A model generated the notes under the pieces. It searched no databases, was not told the origin of the DNA, and saw nothing but the letters and a program-made list of their open reading frames with translations. The position numbers were made by a program, and so were the translations under genes. A stretch of DNA of 64,000 bases. Source: Octopus sinensis. Lineage: Eukaryota. Below, one piece after another: positions 38,826 to 51,870 of the stretch. Within the stretch, counting starts at the first letter, position 1, and each line of letters opens with the position of its first letter. The DNA lies in contig NC_043001.1 of assembly GCF_006345805.1 (NCBI RefSeq), forward strand, positions 91,016,001-91,080,000, written 5' to 3'.

Positions 38826-39096
38826 TGTACTCGCATAGCAAGTAATTTGATCTGAGATCGTGTGCTGAAACGAAAACAATTGCAGCGTGGAAGGTGTTTA
38901 TAAGCCATTTAAGAAACACACAAAAGCCGTTCGATTCAGCATGATTCAAAATCATGCAGCACGGATTTTTCTCAGTGAACAGGTCGCGGATTTTAGCGAC
39001 GAAAATATTTTGACAAATTAAACTTAATGTTGAAGTGAATTGAACGGCTTTTGTGTGTTTCTTAAATGGCTTATAAACACCTTCCACGCTGCAATT

Positions 39097-39100
<4 letters not shown>
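38822..39100. mobile_element. Penelope-like remnant, family 1, with 65-bp inverted duplication
   Basis: 38874-38938 is the reverse complement of 39036-39100 (1 mismatch). Flanked by (TA)n/(GA)n. Confidence 0.65.
38968..39017 (+). ncRNA. Putative minimal type I hammerhead ribozyme, G3:C8 variant (helix II perfect)
   Basis: tttctca-GTGAACA-g-gtcgc..gcgac-GAAA-ata-TTT-tgacaaa. Confidence 0.55.
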
Positions 39101-39156
<56 letters not shown>

Positions 39157-39214
39157 AATGAGGGTGAAAAATTGGATATTAATTTGCTAACATCAATTCA
39201 ACACCAGTGGTCTA

Positions 39215-39850
39215 GCATATGTTGTAACATATTTCGTCTTTAATTTCGAGCATTTCGGCAATTTTAACCAATCGCTGACATCCATTTAGGTAAATAACAT
39301 TCTGTACATAATGAATATGTCCCTCCTTTAAGAAACAGATTGGGTTTATTTACATTTGTGAAGAAAAAAGATACCCTAACCCTAAATCTAAAATAGATTG
39401 AAATGCAATAGATCGATACTAGGGTTATAATTATGGGTGACAATTTTATACGACACCGCTACGGAAAATGGGATTTTTTTCTAGCGGTGTCAAATGAAAA
39501 TGTCACCCATAATTGTGGCCCTAGTATCGATTTATTGCATTTCAATCTACTTTAGATTTAAGGTTAGAGTTAGGGTTAGGGGTTGGGGAAGGGTATCTTT
39601 TTTTCTTCACAAATGTAAATAAACCCAATCTGTTTCTTAAAGGAGGGACATATTCATTATGCACAGAATGTTATTTACCTAAATGGACGTCAGCGATTGG
39701 TTAAAATTGCCGAAATTAAAGACGAAATATCATACAACCTATAGAATTTTCTCAATAAAGCCAATGAAAATGATATTTTATAAACACATTCTACCAATAT
39801 ACGAAGTTTAAAACTTTTTAGTTACCTAGAAATTATGTTACAAAGTGCCG
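39215..39850. mobile_element. Palindromic foldback element with TTAGGG-like units in its arms
   Basis: Arms ~39215-39465 and ~39481-39748 are near-perfect reverse complements with a ~15-20-bp spacer. Confidence 0.8.
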
Positions 39851-40059
39851 TTCAAAAGGAAAAGATCCAACACCAGAAACGTAAGCGAGCAGGACAAAAG
39901 AAAAGTAACAAAAATATAGATTAATCATAAACAATGTTTCATTATATATATGGCCTGCTCGCTTAGCCAGCGGGGTGGCGTCATTCAAAGGCTAAAACAA
40001 TGCGAACGCATTGTGACCAGCGATGTGTAACAACATCTGATGGTCTGGTCGGTCACGTG

Positions 40060-40127
<68 letters not shown>

Positions 40128-40458
40128 GGTGAAATTAATTAATTTGGAATAATCATTAATTACACCAAGTAGATCTCGGCATGTAAAAGCCTCATTCGAG
40201 GAAAGTTTAAGTAATACTAAGTAATTAAGGGTTTAGCAACGAATTGCCTCACCACACACCGAATTTAGAAATAGCAGTCAAAAGAGTTATAGCTATTCTT
40301 TCTACTAAAAGGGGGGGGGGAGATCTCAGTAAAAACACAGCACTTGAAAGGCAAACACAGACAGGTAAGAGAGAATGAAATGACGGCAATCTATCATACA
40401 TATATATATATAAAGCACGATTTATTCGCGATCAGCGTTGTTCGAAAACAGGGGTACT

Positions 40459-40501
<43 letters not shown>

Positions 40502-40539
40502 AAAATAGAGATAATTAAGTTAATAATTATTTATTAATT

Positions 40540-40580
<41 letters not shown>

Positions 40581-42722
40581 TATATATATATGAATGTATA
40601 TATTTATATGCATATGTTCACATACACACACATTTATATGTGTGGTAAAGGCCGAAAGAAGCCAGACATTCTGTGGGCACATCATAATTGTTCGGTACTA
40701 CTTCACTTGAAGTAACGATAAAGTGGAAATCGTTGTGTGCTATAGCTGACTGTTGCTGCAAACTGTGAAATACACCCCCATCCACCCCACACACGTGTAT
40801 ATATACATTTGCAGTTACTCGGGACCAGTAAACAACTGTTTAGTTCTAAAGACTGTTGAACTATCTGGAGTACTTTTCGTAGTAATCTGTTTAGCCAAAG
40901 ATACGCGGAGGTTCGAAGTTAATTTTGCCAAGGTCTATTTGATCCTCTGTCTGTTACTCTTTATATAGAATGTGTTTGTGTTTACAAATTAAGCGGGGAA
41001 AATACGCAATATACGAGGTAGAGGCTCTTTATTTTAATTCCTTAATACATTTTGTGCCGGATAATAACTACTAAAATATGATGTCACTCTTTTGAAAAAT
41101 GAGACATATTTCTTCGTTGTAGGTGTTAGGGGAAATTTGTCCCCTAATTAAATTATATTAGAAAAATCGTAATAAAAATCACAACAGTTGTGCGTATTGT
41201 TCGATAAACTTACCCATGATCATATTTATTCAGAATTTTCATGCAATAAATACCCCACTGAGAACTGTATTAAACCTTTTTAATTTACAGTATTACTGGA
41301 TTTAAATAATTGTTCATTTCGACATTGATATAGTTCAACGAGTCAAATTCAGATGAAGCGAACCGAGAGTGAAAATAATCATTTCAGTACGATAGATTCT
41401 TACGATTTATCCTTAATATTTAATGGTTAGTAACAAAATATATATTCTCATAATGCATCCTTAATTTTTCATGGCTAATAACAAAACATATGAAAAGTAA
41501 TTATTTTTTCTTATAGTTCCTGACAAGCTAAATGTCATCAACATCATTAGAATACTCCGAATTTGTTGATCACGAGGAAAATTTCGTAAACCATGAGAAT
41601 GTGAGAGAAACAAAAAAAAGTTTAGAATATGAACACACAAACACGGAACGTAGGAGTTTTTCTTTTTACCTGGTATTCATAATGACCACGAAGGTCACTG
41701 TAAAGTTTGTAAAAAAAAGTGACAAAGAAAAACAGAACAAAACTTAATCGTGCCGTATATGTGTACTAATGTTATGCTTAATAGTTTATTATCTGTTTAC
41801 TAACATTGTGATAGTTTACAATTTTTTTTCTTGTGATCAACGATCCAGGAACACAGTCCGAAGTCCATGGCATGAAACTTGACGTAAGCGCATAAAAACA
41901 ACTGCTTTTCATATTTTTATCATGGAATGAAGTCCAACTTATTAAGGCCATCGTAAGCTTTAAAAATCAACAACACACTTTCAAAAATATGTTTTGTTTC
42001 TAATTATTGTTTCACAAGTTAGCTAGCTCACCAGCTATACTTTTATTTCCATCTGTTATTTGTAATGTACAAGTTTGTATTTCTTTATTGTTATGAATCG
42101 TAATATTTGTTTCCTTTGTTGATATAGTACCTGTTTTTCATTGATGCTACTGGTTATTGCCCTCCACCATCACGAGTTTGTTCCCTCATAACTTTGTTAG
42201 TGCATGTTTGTTTTTTTTATGGAATGTTGCAGATACATTTCTGAAAGTGTAGATGACGATTATGTTGATATTTTTTCTATATTATTATTATTACTACTAC
42301 TACTACTATTACTATTCAGTGACTTGCTCATAATTTTTTTTATATATAACTTACTGGGTCTAGAGGTAAGGGTAGTTCTCGTGTCCTTTGAAGAACCTCT
42401 GAGACTGCTGACACTGATACCATTAATGTTCCATTGATTCTGTTGCAAATCGATGACTGCAGGAAATACACGAGCAGGGAGGAGATTCCAGAGTGCTATC
42501 AGCAGGTTTGGGCAAACTGGTTAATACAGAGCTTGGAGAAGAAGGGTTAAATATAACTAGGGTGATGAATAGCTGAGAGTGTCTTTGTAGAGAAGGTACA
42601 AGGAACAGGTTATTATTGTAGTGGTAGAATAAGTAAAGAGAGGAAACAGCATACTTGTGGTGCAAAGTATGAAATGGGTGATTTTATGGCAATCAATTGA
42701 GTGGCCCTTTTCTCAGTACAAT

Positions 42723-43106
42723 TTATGATGTCATGCGAAGACATGTTGGGGCAAGCGAAATCGAATTGAACCAGCCAGGATCCCTGGTCTGGTGGTACGT
42801 AAAAAGCACTATCCGACTCGTGGCCGATGCCAGCGCCGCCTCGGCTGGCTTCCGTGCCGGTGGCACATAAAATACACCAATCCGACCGTGGCCGTTGCCA
42901 GCCTCGCCTGGCACCTGTGCAGGTGGCACGTAAAAAGCACCCACTACACTCACGGAATGGTTGGCGTTAGGAAGGGCATCCAGCTGTAGAAACATTGCCA
43001 GATAAGAATGGAGGCTGGTGCAGCCTTCTGGCTTCCCAGATCCCCGGTCGAACCGTCCAACCCATGCTAGCATGGAGAACGGACGTTAAACGATGATGAT
43101 GATGAT
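42723..43106 (-). mobile_element. SINE with ggaagggcatccagctgtagaaac core and (GAT)n tail, representative copy
   Basis: Other copies at ~4960-5245, 36390-36720, 44980-45270, 49810-50355 and 52270-52815. Confidence 0.75.
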
Positions 43107-46100
43107 GTGTATGTAGCAACAGCACTGTCCCAGATGTGGGCCTTACTTGACCTTTATAGAGTATCAGTAATTGCTGCAGGATGTAATGTTCTCTGACCTT
43201 GAAGAGAAACCAGACTTTGGGATGTAGTTCTTGTTATGTTAAGGATGTGTTTTCACTAGTGGAGATTCTCAGTGATAGTGAAACCTGGAATTTGGAGTAG
43301 CTGTGAGGGATTGAGCTGAGTTCTTTTCATGCTAGGTGTTCTGATTTTTGGATTCTTTTGCTCCCACTGGAGTATGCTTTCAAAGACTGATGTGTGGATG
43401 CTACATTGTTGGGAAAAGTCTGGGAAGAAAGGGAGGTCACATCATCTGCATAGAAGTGGATGTTTATCATCATCTTTATCATTTTAATATTCATTTTCCC
43501 ATACTTGCATGGGTAGGGTGGAGTTTATTGGGGTAGATTTTCTACAGCTGGATGCCCTTCTTTTTGCCAACGTTACCTGTTCCCAAGCAAGGTAATATTT
43601 CCCCATGGCCAGACATGATCTAGAATTTTGGAAATGAAAGACATTCAATTACAGCAATCACATGATATCATGACAAAGAGATACCAACACTTACACATAA
43701 GTATATAATGGGCTTCTTTCAGTTTCCATCTACCAAATCTACTCACAAGGTTTTGGTCAGCACGGGACAAGATACTTGCCCAAGGTGTCACACCATGGAA
43801 CCAAACCACATGGCTGGCTGAAAAGTAAACTTCTTAACTATGTAGCCATATGTTGATGTGCAGGTATTTTAATTTATGTGTTACAGTTATTACACAGGGC
43901 AAACTTGTTATTTTTATAATTTTGTTTAGGAGACCTGATCTACTTTCTATCTATTCTTCTTCTAGAATGTAAAGTCATTGAAATAAAAATATCCTTCCTC
44001 ATGTCATGGGGGTATATTTTCTTTATTGGTGTATTTTTATTGCTCTGATTCTGCTGTATTTTACATGTGGACAACAGGAAATCTGGCCCGCTAACCAACA
44101 TTAAACTGGGCTCATTACTCAGAAACTGAAAGCATCAATAATAATTTGTTACTATGGGCATTAGAACTTGTCTAGCTTAGGAGACTATATAGCCAGCATT
44201 CAGCTTGATCAATGTTACAACTAAATTTACCTCAACAAATTCTCACCATCTTGAAAGCTGGGAACATGTTTTAAGTTGTGAATGGCTACATCTAGAAATT
44301 TGATTGAAATATTCTTACTAAATGCTTTATAATCTCAGAGACAGAACTCTCACCTATGTGTTATTGACAACCTTCTTGTACATGAATGGAGATGTTAACC
44401 AGTTCATTGCTGTTATCTGTTTCCTGGTTAATTTTCAACAGTTTATTCATTTTTGTAAAATTGACGTCATAATCTGATAAATAGATTTCCTAATCTAAAA
44501 AACTACATTCACAAACTGTGCCATCACTATCTCATATATCAATAGTTGTTAAGTCATATAAAGACCAAAGAAAATACAGGAACACTGCACTCTGAGCCTA
44601 GCCATTTTAGGTTGCACAGTGAATTTTTGAAATTACAGGCATTTAGTCTATGTAAAAAAAATGACATCAAATTAGAAAGCATTTTTAACAGAATTTATTT
44701 GTGAATAATGTTTTCCAAATTTTGGTAACATGAAAAAAAGAACAAAAACAAAAATATGTCTGTGCATGTGTAAGAATACACATACATGCATTCATTGATT
44801 ATTTTGTCCAAATTATGGATTTCTGACTGTTGATTGTTTTCAGTATTACAAATAAGTTTGAAAGCCACTAAACTGTGAGTATCATCATTTTGTAATTTGC
44901 CAAAAATAGGATACTGTGTTCTTTTGACCAGTCTCTTAAAGAAATCAAAAGCTGCTTCTGAGTAATAATATTTGTACATCATCATCATCATCGTTTAACA
45001 TCCGTTTTCCATGCTAGCATGGGTTGAATGGTTTAACCAGGTCTGGGAAACCAGGAGGCTGCATCAGGCTCCAGTCTGATCTGGCAGTGTTTCTACAGCT
45101 GAATGCCCTTCCTAACGCCAACCACTCCGTGAGTGTGGTGGGTGCTTTTTATGTGCCACCGGCACAGGGGCCAGAGGAGGCTGGCAATGGCCACAATCGG
45201 TTGGTGCTTTTTACATGCCACTGGCATGGAAGCCAACTAAGGCGGCGCTGGTATCAGCCACGTTCGGTGCTATTAATTCCAAACTAGAGTACTTGTGGAA
45301 ATATTGCAGTTAATTTGAAAATTTATATGATTGTTGAAATTTTATAGGAACTAAGAAATAACATAAATTCTACTAGAATGGTCTGTAGATAACAACAGGC
45401 ATCACCAAACTCTTTTCTTTTATTTGGAAAATGGAATTTTTTCTGAAATATTATGTTATCATTTCATTAACTTCACCTGACATATTTCGCTTAACTCCTT
45501 TGCATTGCTTAAAGATTTTTGCAAACATCTTTTTATATTTAAAAATTTATGTTTTTCTGAAATATTTGATCTTGTCATGGTGTCAAGTCCACACGGATAG
45601 TACTGAAGGTGCAGTCTTTGGAGAGAAAATTTTTTTTAATGTTCTCTCCTAAATGTTCTCTCTTCATTGTACACTCGTCATTTCTACAATAAGAATTGTT
45701 ATCTATTTTAATCTTTGTTAAATAGTGAACTCATTTTAAAAAGAGCTACATATAGTCATCCATAAGAAAATACTCATGAACTTCTCTTTACCATTATATT
45801 GTGATGATGTTACTGAAAGTTTTGAAAATGTAGTCAGAATAATGTATATATCAAAAAAAATAATACCTATAATAAATTCATTAATTTTAATTAAGGAGCA
45901 ATATTGAAGATATTATTTATCTGTAGTATTATTCTGCTACATTACAAGTACATTAGTTGAGACCCCCTTTGGTCATGACTGACCATGGGATTGCACCTAG
46001 GAAGTTACCCTCCCAGGCACAAGTCTGGGCAAGGTTGTTTATGGAAGACCAGCAGTCGCCCATGCATACCGGCCTCCTCTCTCCACGCCACCAGTGTTAT

Positions 46101-48769
46101 GCAAGGGAAAGGCAAAGGCCGATACAGCTTGGTACCAGTGATGTTGCAACTCATTTCTACAGCTGGAGCAACGTGAAATAAAGTGTCTTGCTCAAGAATA
46201 CAACACGCAGCCCAGTCCAGGATTCAAACTCACAACCTCATGATCGTAAGCTTGACGCTCTAACCACTGAGCTATGCGCCTTCACAAGTACATTAGTAAT
46301 ACTTTAATAAATCATAATACACTATGCTGCTGTAGGGCACACGTATGGCTGTGTGGTTAATAAGTTCACTTCCCACCCTTGTGGTTTGGGGTTCAGTCCT
46401 TCTGTATGGCACCTACGGCAAATGTCTTTTTTTATAGTGTCAGCTTGACCAAAACCTTAAGAATGGATTTGGTAGAAAGAAGCCTATTGTGCCTATGTAT
46501 ATTTGTATATATGTGTGTATTGTTTGTATCTCTTCAACTAGACATTGTACAATAGTTGTAAATGTGTGTCATGGTCATACAACTGATGTGATTTGTATGT
46601 AGTCTTCCATGAAAACATGTCACACAGTATAAACCCACACACCACAAGTTCCAGAACATGTTTCCCCCCAAAAAAAAAGACACATATGCATACACATATA
46701 TACACCATCAAAAAACGAAAAACATACATACATACACACAGCTAAAAATAAACACACACACACACATACACACAGCTAAAAATACACACACACACAAACA
46801 AAACAACACACTACAAAAAACAAACACACATACACACCGAAGCCTTTAACACATTTAAAACCACAATTAAATATCTAAACACCCACTACCAATCAACAAA
46901 TAAGGATCTGTCACACAAGCAGAACATTCCCCCAAAAATCAAAATCACACATACATACACCCACCACAATATACAAAACATATTTCCAATAAACAAAAAC
47001 AACACACATGCAGAGACACACACAAGCACACACACAGCTGATCAAAACTACTGCTCACATCCCTTCAATAGAAAAAAAAAGATAAAAAGAAGAATACTTT
47101 GACAATATATCCCAAACATACACATACGCACACAGCAAAACAAATGGCAAATAATTCCACCCTAATTCTCTGAATAACCATCCTTAAAAAAACTTTCAAC
47201 CATTTTCTCTTAGTAGAAAAAGAAAAACAGAAAAATCTTTTGACTATAAATTCCAAGTGTGTGTTTGTCCCCCATCACTACTTGACAACTGGGGCTGGTT
47301 TGTTTGCATCCCCATAACTTAGCAGTTTGGCAAACAAAGTTAGTAGAATAAGTAAAAGGCTAAAATATTTACTTTTTCAACTATATAATAATAATATATA
47401 TATATGACTGTGTGTGTGTGGTCAGAAATGTGTTTCTTAACCATATGGTTGTGGGTTCAGTCCTAGCATGTGGCACCATAGACAAGTGTCTTGTACCATA
47501 GCCTTGGGTTGACCAATGCCTTGTGTGTAGATTTGGTAAACAGAAACTGAAAGAAAACTACCCGTCTGCCACAGCAGAATTGATACTGGTGCTGGTGCCT
47601 TGTTAAAAACCCCCAGTACAGTCTATGCAGTAGTTGGCATTAAGAAGGGCATCCAATTGTAGAAACCATGCCAAAATAGGTAAAAGAGCCTGGTGCAGCC
47701 CCTGGCCTTACCAGCTCTGGTCAAACCATCCAAATCATACCAGCATGGAAAACAAGCATTAAATAGTGTGTGTGTGTGTGTTTGTCCCTCATCACTACTT
47801 GACAACTGGGATTGGTTTGTTTGTATCCCCATAACTTAGCAGTTTAGCAAACAAATATTAGTAGATTAAGTGACAGGCTTAAATAAGCACTGGAATCAAT
47901 TTGTTCTACTAAACTGTTGAAGTGGGTGCCCCAGTTGGCAATCTTCACTTGCTTTCAAGTAAGGTAATATTTCCCTTATTCCTTTGAACACAAACAGCTC
48001 AATGGCTGGACATGTTTTCACAGAAGATTGCAAACGAATGACACCGCTTGTATAACAGTGACATTCATTTACAACCAATGCATAAACAATTCTCTGTTGC
48101 TTTGAGCATAGGATGATTTTTAGTAAGTTTTTCATTTAACCCCAGGTCAACCTTGATCAAGCAGGCTCATGATCAAAGGTATTTCAGCTGTTAGTGTGAG
48201 AAATTAATACTTTTGCCAGTAAATGTGCTGTACAGGTAAAGAGAAAATTTACTAGTCATTTGACTCATAGGTGTTGCACTATATTAACTTGGCTATGAAC
48301 AATAAGTTTTATTGAGAGAGATTTACTGCCAGTCTAACTACCGCAGCTTAAGCTTTTACATATATTAATGATGTAATATAAATGACAAATGATTTAAGCA
48401 CAAAGAAGATAAAGAAGGAATCTGGTGGAAGTGGGTGGGAAGCAGAGAATTTGACAGGTAACTTTGCAATACAAACAAAGTAAATTGACTTGAAACATGA
48501 ATCAAAACCCCAAATGTTGAGAGAATAAATACATTATTAATTAAAAAAGAAATAAAAAAAATAGGAGAAATTTGCTGGCAGCAAATCAATATTTACATCA
48601 TCAAGTGTAGAAGTGTGAGTAATAAGAGAGATGTATAATTGTTATATCACTACCCACAACAGCTTCGGTAGCTGTAGTAGTTTTTCACTCATAAAATTCT
48701 GAAGCTACTTAGCTGACATTTTAGTAATGGAAAAAGCTTGCGTGTATGTCAGTCGTTCTTTTATTCTTT

Positions 48770-49150
48770 CACTTGTTTCAGTCATTTGATTGTGGCCATG
48801 CTGGAGCACTGCCTTGAAGGGTTTTAGTTGAGCGAATCGACCCCAGGACTTATTTTTTAAAGCCTAGTACTTATTCCACCGGTCTCTGTTGCCAAACCGC
48901 TAAATTACAGGAATGTAAACACACCATCACCAGTTGTGAAGCGATGGGGGGGGGACAAACACACACACACACATAGATATATACATATATGTATATGACC
49001 AGCTTCTTTCAGTTTCTGTCTACCAAATCCACTCACAAGGCTTTGGTCAGCCTGAGGCTATAGTAGAAGACACTTGCCCAGGGTGCCATGCAGTGGGACG
49101 GAACCCCGGACCATATGGTTGGGAAGCAAGCTTCTTACTGCACAGCCACA
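48770..49150 (-). mobile_element. tRNA-derived SINE with ggcaccttgggcaagtgtcttctactatagcc core, representative copy
   Basis: Other copies at ~19179-20450 (split), 32880-33290, 43690-43850, 46340-46500, 47410-47570, 49670-49795 and 62665-62820. Confidence 0.75.
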
Positions 49151-49364
49151 TTTATTTTTAATTTCAGGAGTTGGTGCTCTCTCTTCATTATACGATTAAT
49201 TTTAACAGCAAATCTCTCTGGGCATCTTTGTCACTATATGTTTTCTCATTCTCTTCTTTCAGCCAAAGATGACGAATTACCTCAGAACCAGCTGTAATTA
49301 TATTTTATTTTAAAACTCAATGATAATCATTTCATCAGTTTGATGGGTTTATAGTTAATCAGTG

Positions 49365-49507
49365 ATGATGCCACCCAACTCCCTCCAGGTGATATTTGGT
49401 GGTGCTCTCCAAGGCATCTGTGATTCACTCAGGGGTACCATAAAATTTTACAAGATTTGTGTAGAATCTTCTCAGAAAGAGAAAGAGAAGAAGAAAAAGA
49501 AAAACAC
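49365..49507 (+). CDS. EI24: EI24 coding exon 1 (MMPPNSLQVIFGGALQGICDSLRG...KKKKKNT)
   Basis: ATG follows an in-frame stop. GICDSLRG resembles human GIKDSIWG. GTAAGT donor at 49508, phase 2, matches the next exon. The exact start codon is uncertain. Confidence 0.75.
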
Positions 49508-50829
49508 GTAAGTTTTTCTTATTGAATTATCATTATTATTGATGTAAAAATGCATTTTTGTTTTTATTTATTTGTTTTATTAAATTCTTCATTATTTTGA
49601 AAACTGATTAAAGAAAGGTGATGCATTTCAACTGAAAGGATGTGTGAAATATTTCAGTAATTAGATAGGTACAGGCATTGCTTCCCAACCATATGGGCTT
49701 TGGTTCAGTCCTACAATGTGGCACCTTGGGCAAATGCTGTCTACTATAGCCCTGTGAGTAGATTTTGTAGACAGAAACTGGAAGAAACCCATCATATATG
49801 AAATCAAACCAAATTTTTACGACTGGCACCCATGCCAACCTCCCTTCATTGGACACTAAACTCTACTTGCAAAGACCTGTTGGGGCAAGTGAAATCGAAA
49901 TTGAACCAAATTCGATGACTGGCACCCTTGCCAGTGGAGCACTAACAGCTCTATCCGAGCGGGATCACTGCCAGAGCAGCTGTCCAGCTTCCGTGCCGGT
50001 GGCACGTAGAAAGTACCATTTGAGTGTGATCATTACCAGTGTCTCCTTACTGGCACGTGAACAAAACATTCAAGTGAAGTCGTTACCAGTGCTGCTGAAC
50101 TGACTCCTGTGCAGGTGGCATGTAAAAAACCATTTCGAGCATGGCCATTGCCAGTACCGCCAGACTGAACCTTGTGCCAGTGGCACGTAAAAGCACCCAC
50201 TACACTCTCAGAGTGGTTGGTGTTAGGAAGGGCATCCAGCTGTAGAAACTCTGCCAGATCAGATTGGAGCCTGGCACAGCCATCTAGTTCGCCAGTCCTC
50301 AGTCAAATCGTCCAACCCATGCTAGCATGGAAAGTGGGTGTTAAATGATGATGATGATAATATATATATATATATATATATATATCATCATCATCATCAT
50401 TTAATGTCCGTTTTCCATGCTGGCATAGATTGGACAGTTTGACAAGAGCTAACTAAGCAGAAGACTGCACCAGTTTCACTGTCTGTTTTGGCAGGATTTT
50501 ACAGCTGGATGCCCTTCCTAACACCAACCATCTTACAGAGTGGGTTGAGTGCTTTTTATGTGGCACACACCTACATACAATGTGTGTTGGTGTGTTGCTG
50601 TCTCTTTGCCTTGGCATGATAGCTGTAAATGAGTGTCCCCATCATGTGAATAGTCACCTTTGTTTCCAATCTTCCATGAAAAACATCTCTGGTCTTGAGG
50701 AATATTACCTTGCTTGGAAACAGGTGTGAATTGGTGAGGAGAAAGGCATTGGTTGTAGAAAATCCACCTCAACAAATTCCATCTGATCTGTGCAAGCATG
50801 GAAAAGTGAATTTTAACCCTCTGTCATGT

Positions 50830-51068
50830 CAAAATGGTAAGAGACTTTCTTTCAATCAGCATTAACAGGCTAAGGGGTACAAGGCAAAGGAGAAAAGTGG
50901 CTGCAAATATACCACTTGCACTGACCCATAATCCCCGTACTTGCAACATCTACAGGCTTCTTTGCAAATCGTTGGCGGGACTCAAAAGTCACATTCAACA
51001 TAAGCATTATGACTGACAAAGGTGTAGGTTGTCGGATCCTCACACGTCAAAACTGATGGAGTTCATGA
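50830..51068 (+). mobile_element. Decayed RTE LINE 3' end
   Basis: CNIYRLLCKSLAGLKSH resembles the RTE terminal Zn-finger. Confidence 0.55.
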
Positions 51069-51108
51069 TATATATATATATACATGTGTGTATATGTGTG
51101 TGTGTTAT

Positions 51109-51328
51109 ATAAAATGTGACAACAAAGCCAAGGCTGTGTGGAGTTTTCAGGACATTTATAAAGAGAAAGTTAGTCTTACAGCTGTTTCTGGGATATTAGG
51201 GATATCCCTTCATCAGAGATGATGTGAAATGGTTAAATAGAGGGAAATATTAGAGTTCGATATAGGAGTTATTTTGGAAAAGGAAGCTGAAAACTCCACA
51301 CAGCCTTGGCTTTGTTGTCTCATTTTAT
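51109..51328 (-). mobile_element. 220-bp Penelope-like mini-element, family 3, with 42-bp inverted ends
   Basis: 51109-51150 and 51287-51328 are reverse complements (1 mismatch). A hammerhead motif lies on the minus strand between them. Confidence 0.7.
51173..51220 (-). ncRNA. Putative minimal type I hammerhead ribozyme (second copy of the 37366 type)
   Basis: Minus strand tct-CTGATGA-a-gggat..atccc-a-GAAAC-agct-GTA-aga. Confidence 0.7.
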
Positions 51329-51541
51329 TTAACATTTACATGCTCATACAAAACCCTTATTAAACTCCTCCCTTGTATCATTATCGAACCAAGAGTTTAA
51401 CTACGGCCCTTCTATAGCATTTACATAGCGTTACCTGCCACCTTGGGTCTTCTGGATACCTATACCTCTCATATATATATGGACACACACATGTCCATAT
51501 ACGTGCATATATATATATACATATATACACACACACACACA

Positions 51542-51584
<43 letters not shown>

Positions 51585-51623
51585 TATATATATAATATAT
51601 ATACACTTATATACATATACATA

Positions 51624-51665
<42 letters not shown>

Positions 51666-51667
51666 CT

Positions 51668-51715
<48 letters not shown>

Positions 51716-51809
51716 TGTGTGCATATATATATATATATCATCATCATCATCATAGTGTAAATCTTATTAAACTTCAGTGTTTTTCTCTTTCTCTCTTTTG
51801 TCACTGTAG

Positions 51810-51870
51810 AGAACCTTCTTTGATGAAGAACATTTTAACTTGCTGCTTCTGGAATGGAGGTGTCTTTCTG
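51810..51870 (+). CDS. EI24: EI24 coding exon 2 ([20 protein letters not shown])
   Basis: AG/GT-bounded 61-bp exon. CCFWNGGVF matches the EI24 motif CCAWNGGVF. Confidence 0.9.

Noticed and set aside
40175-40210. Minus-strand CGAATGA-GGC..GCC-GAGA-TCT hammerhead-like pattern
   Set aside because: Three core deviations in a single copy; too degenerate to call.
46170-46285. tRNA-like sequence (ggcgcatagctcagtggttagagcg...)
   Set aside because: It is a SINE head continuing into SINE body, and the acceptor stem is not closed. No true tRNA or rRNA genes were seen.
49263-49293. Segment as an internal EI24 coding exon (KDDELPQNQL)
   Set aside because: It lies upstream of the exon carrying the conserved GICDS motif, which already joins 51810 in phase.
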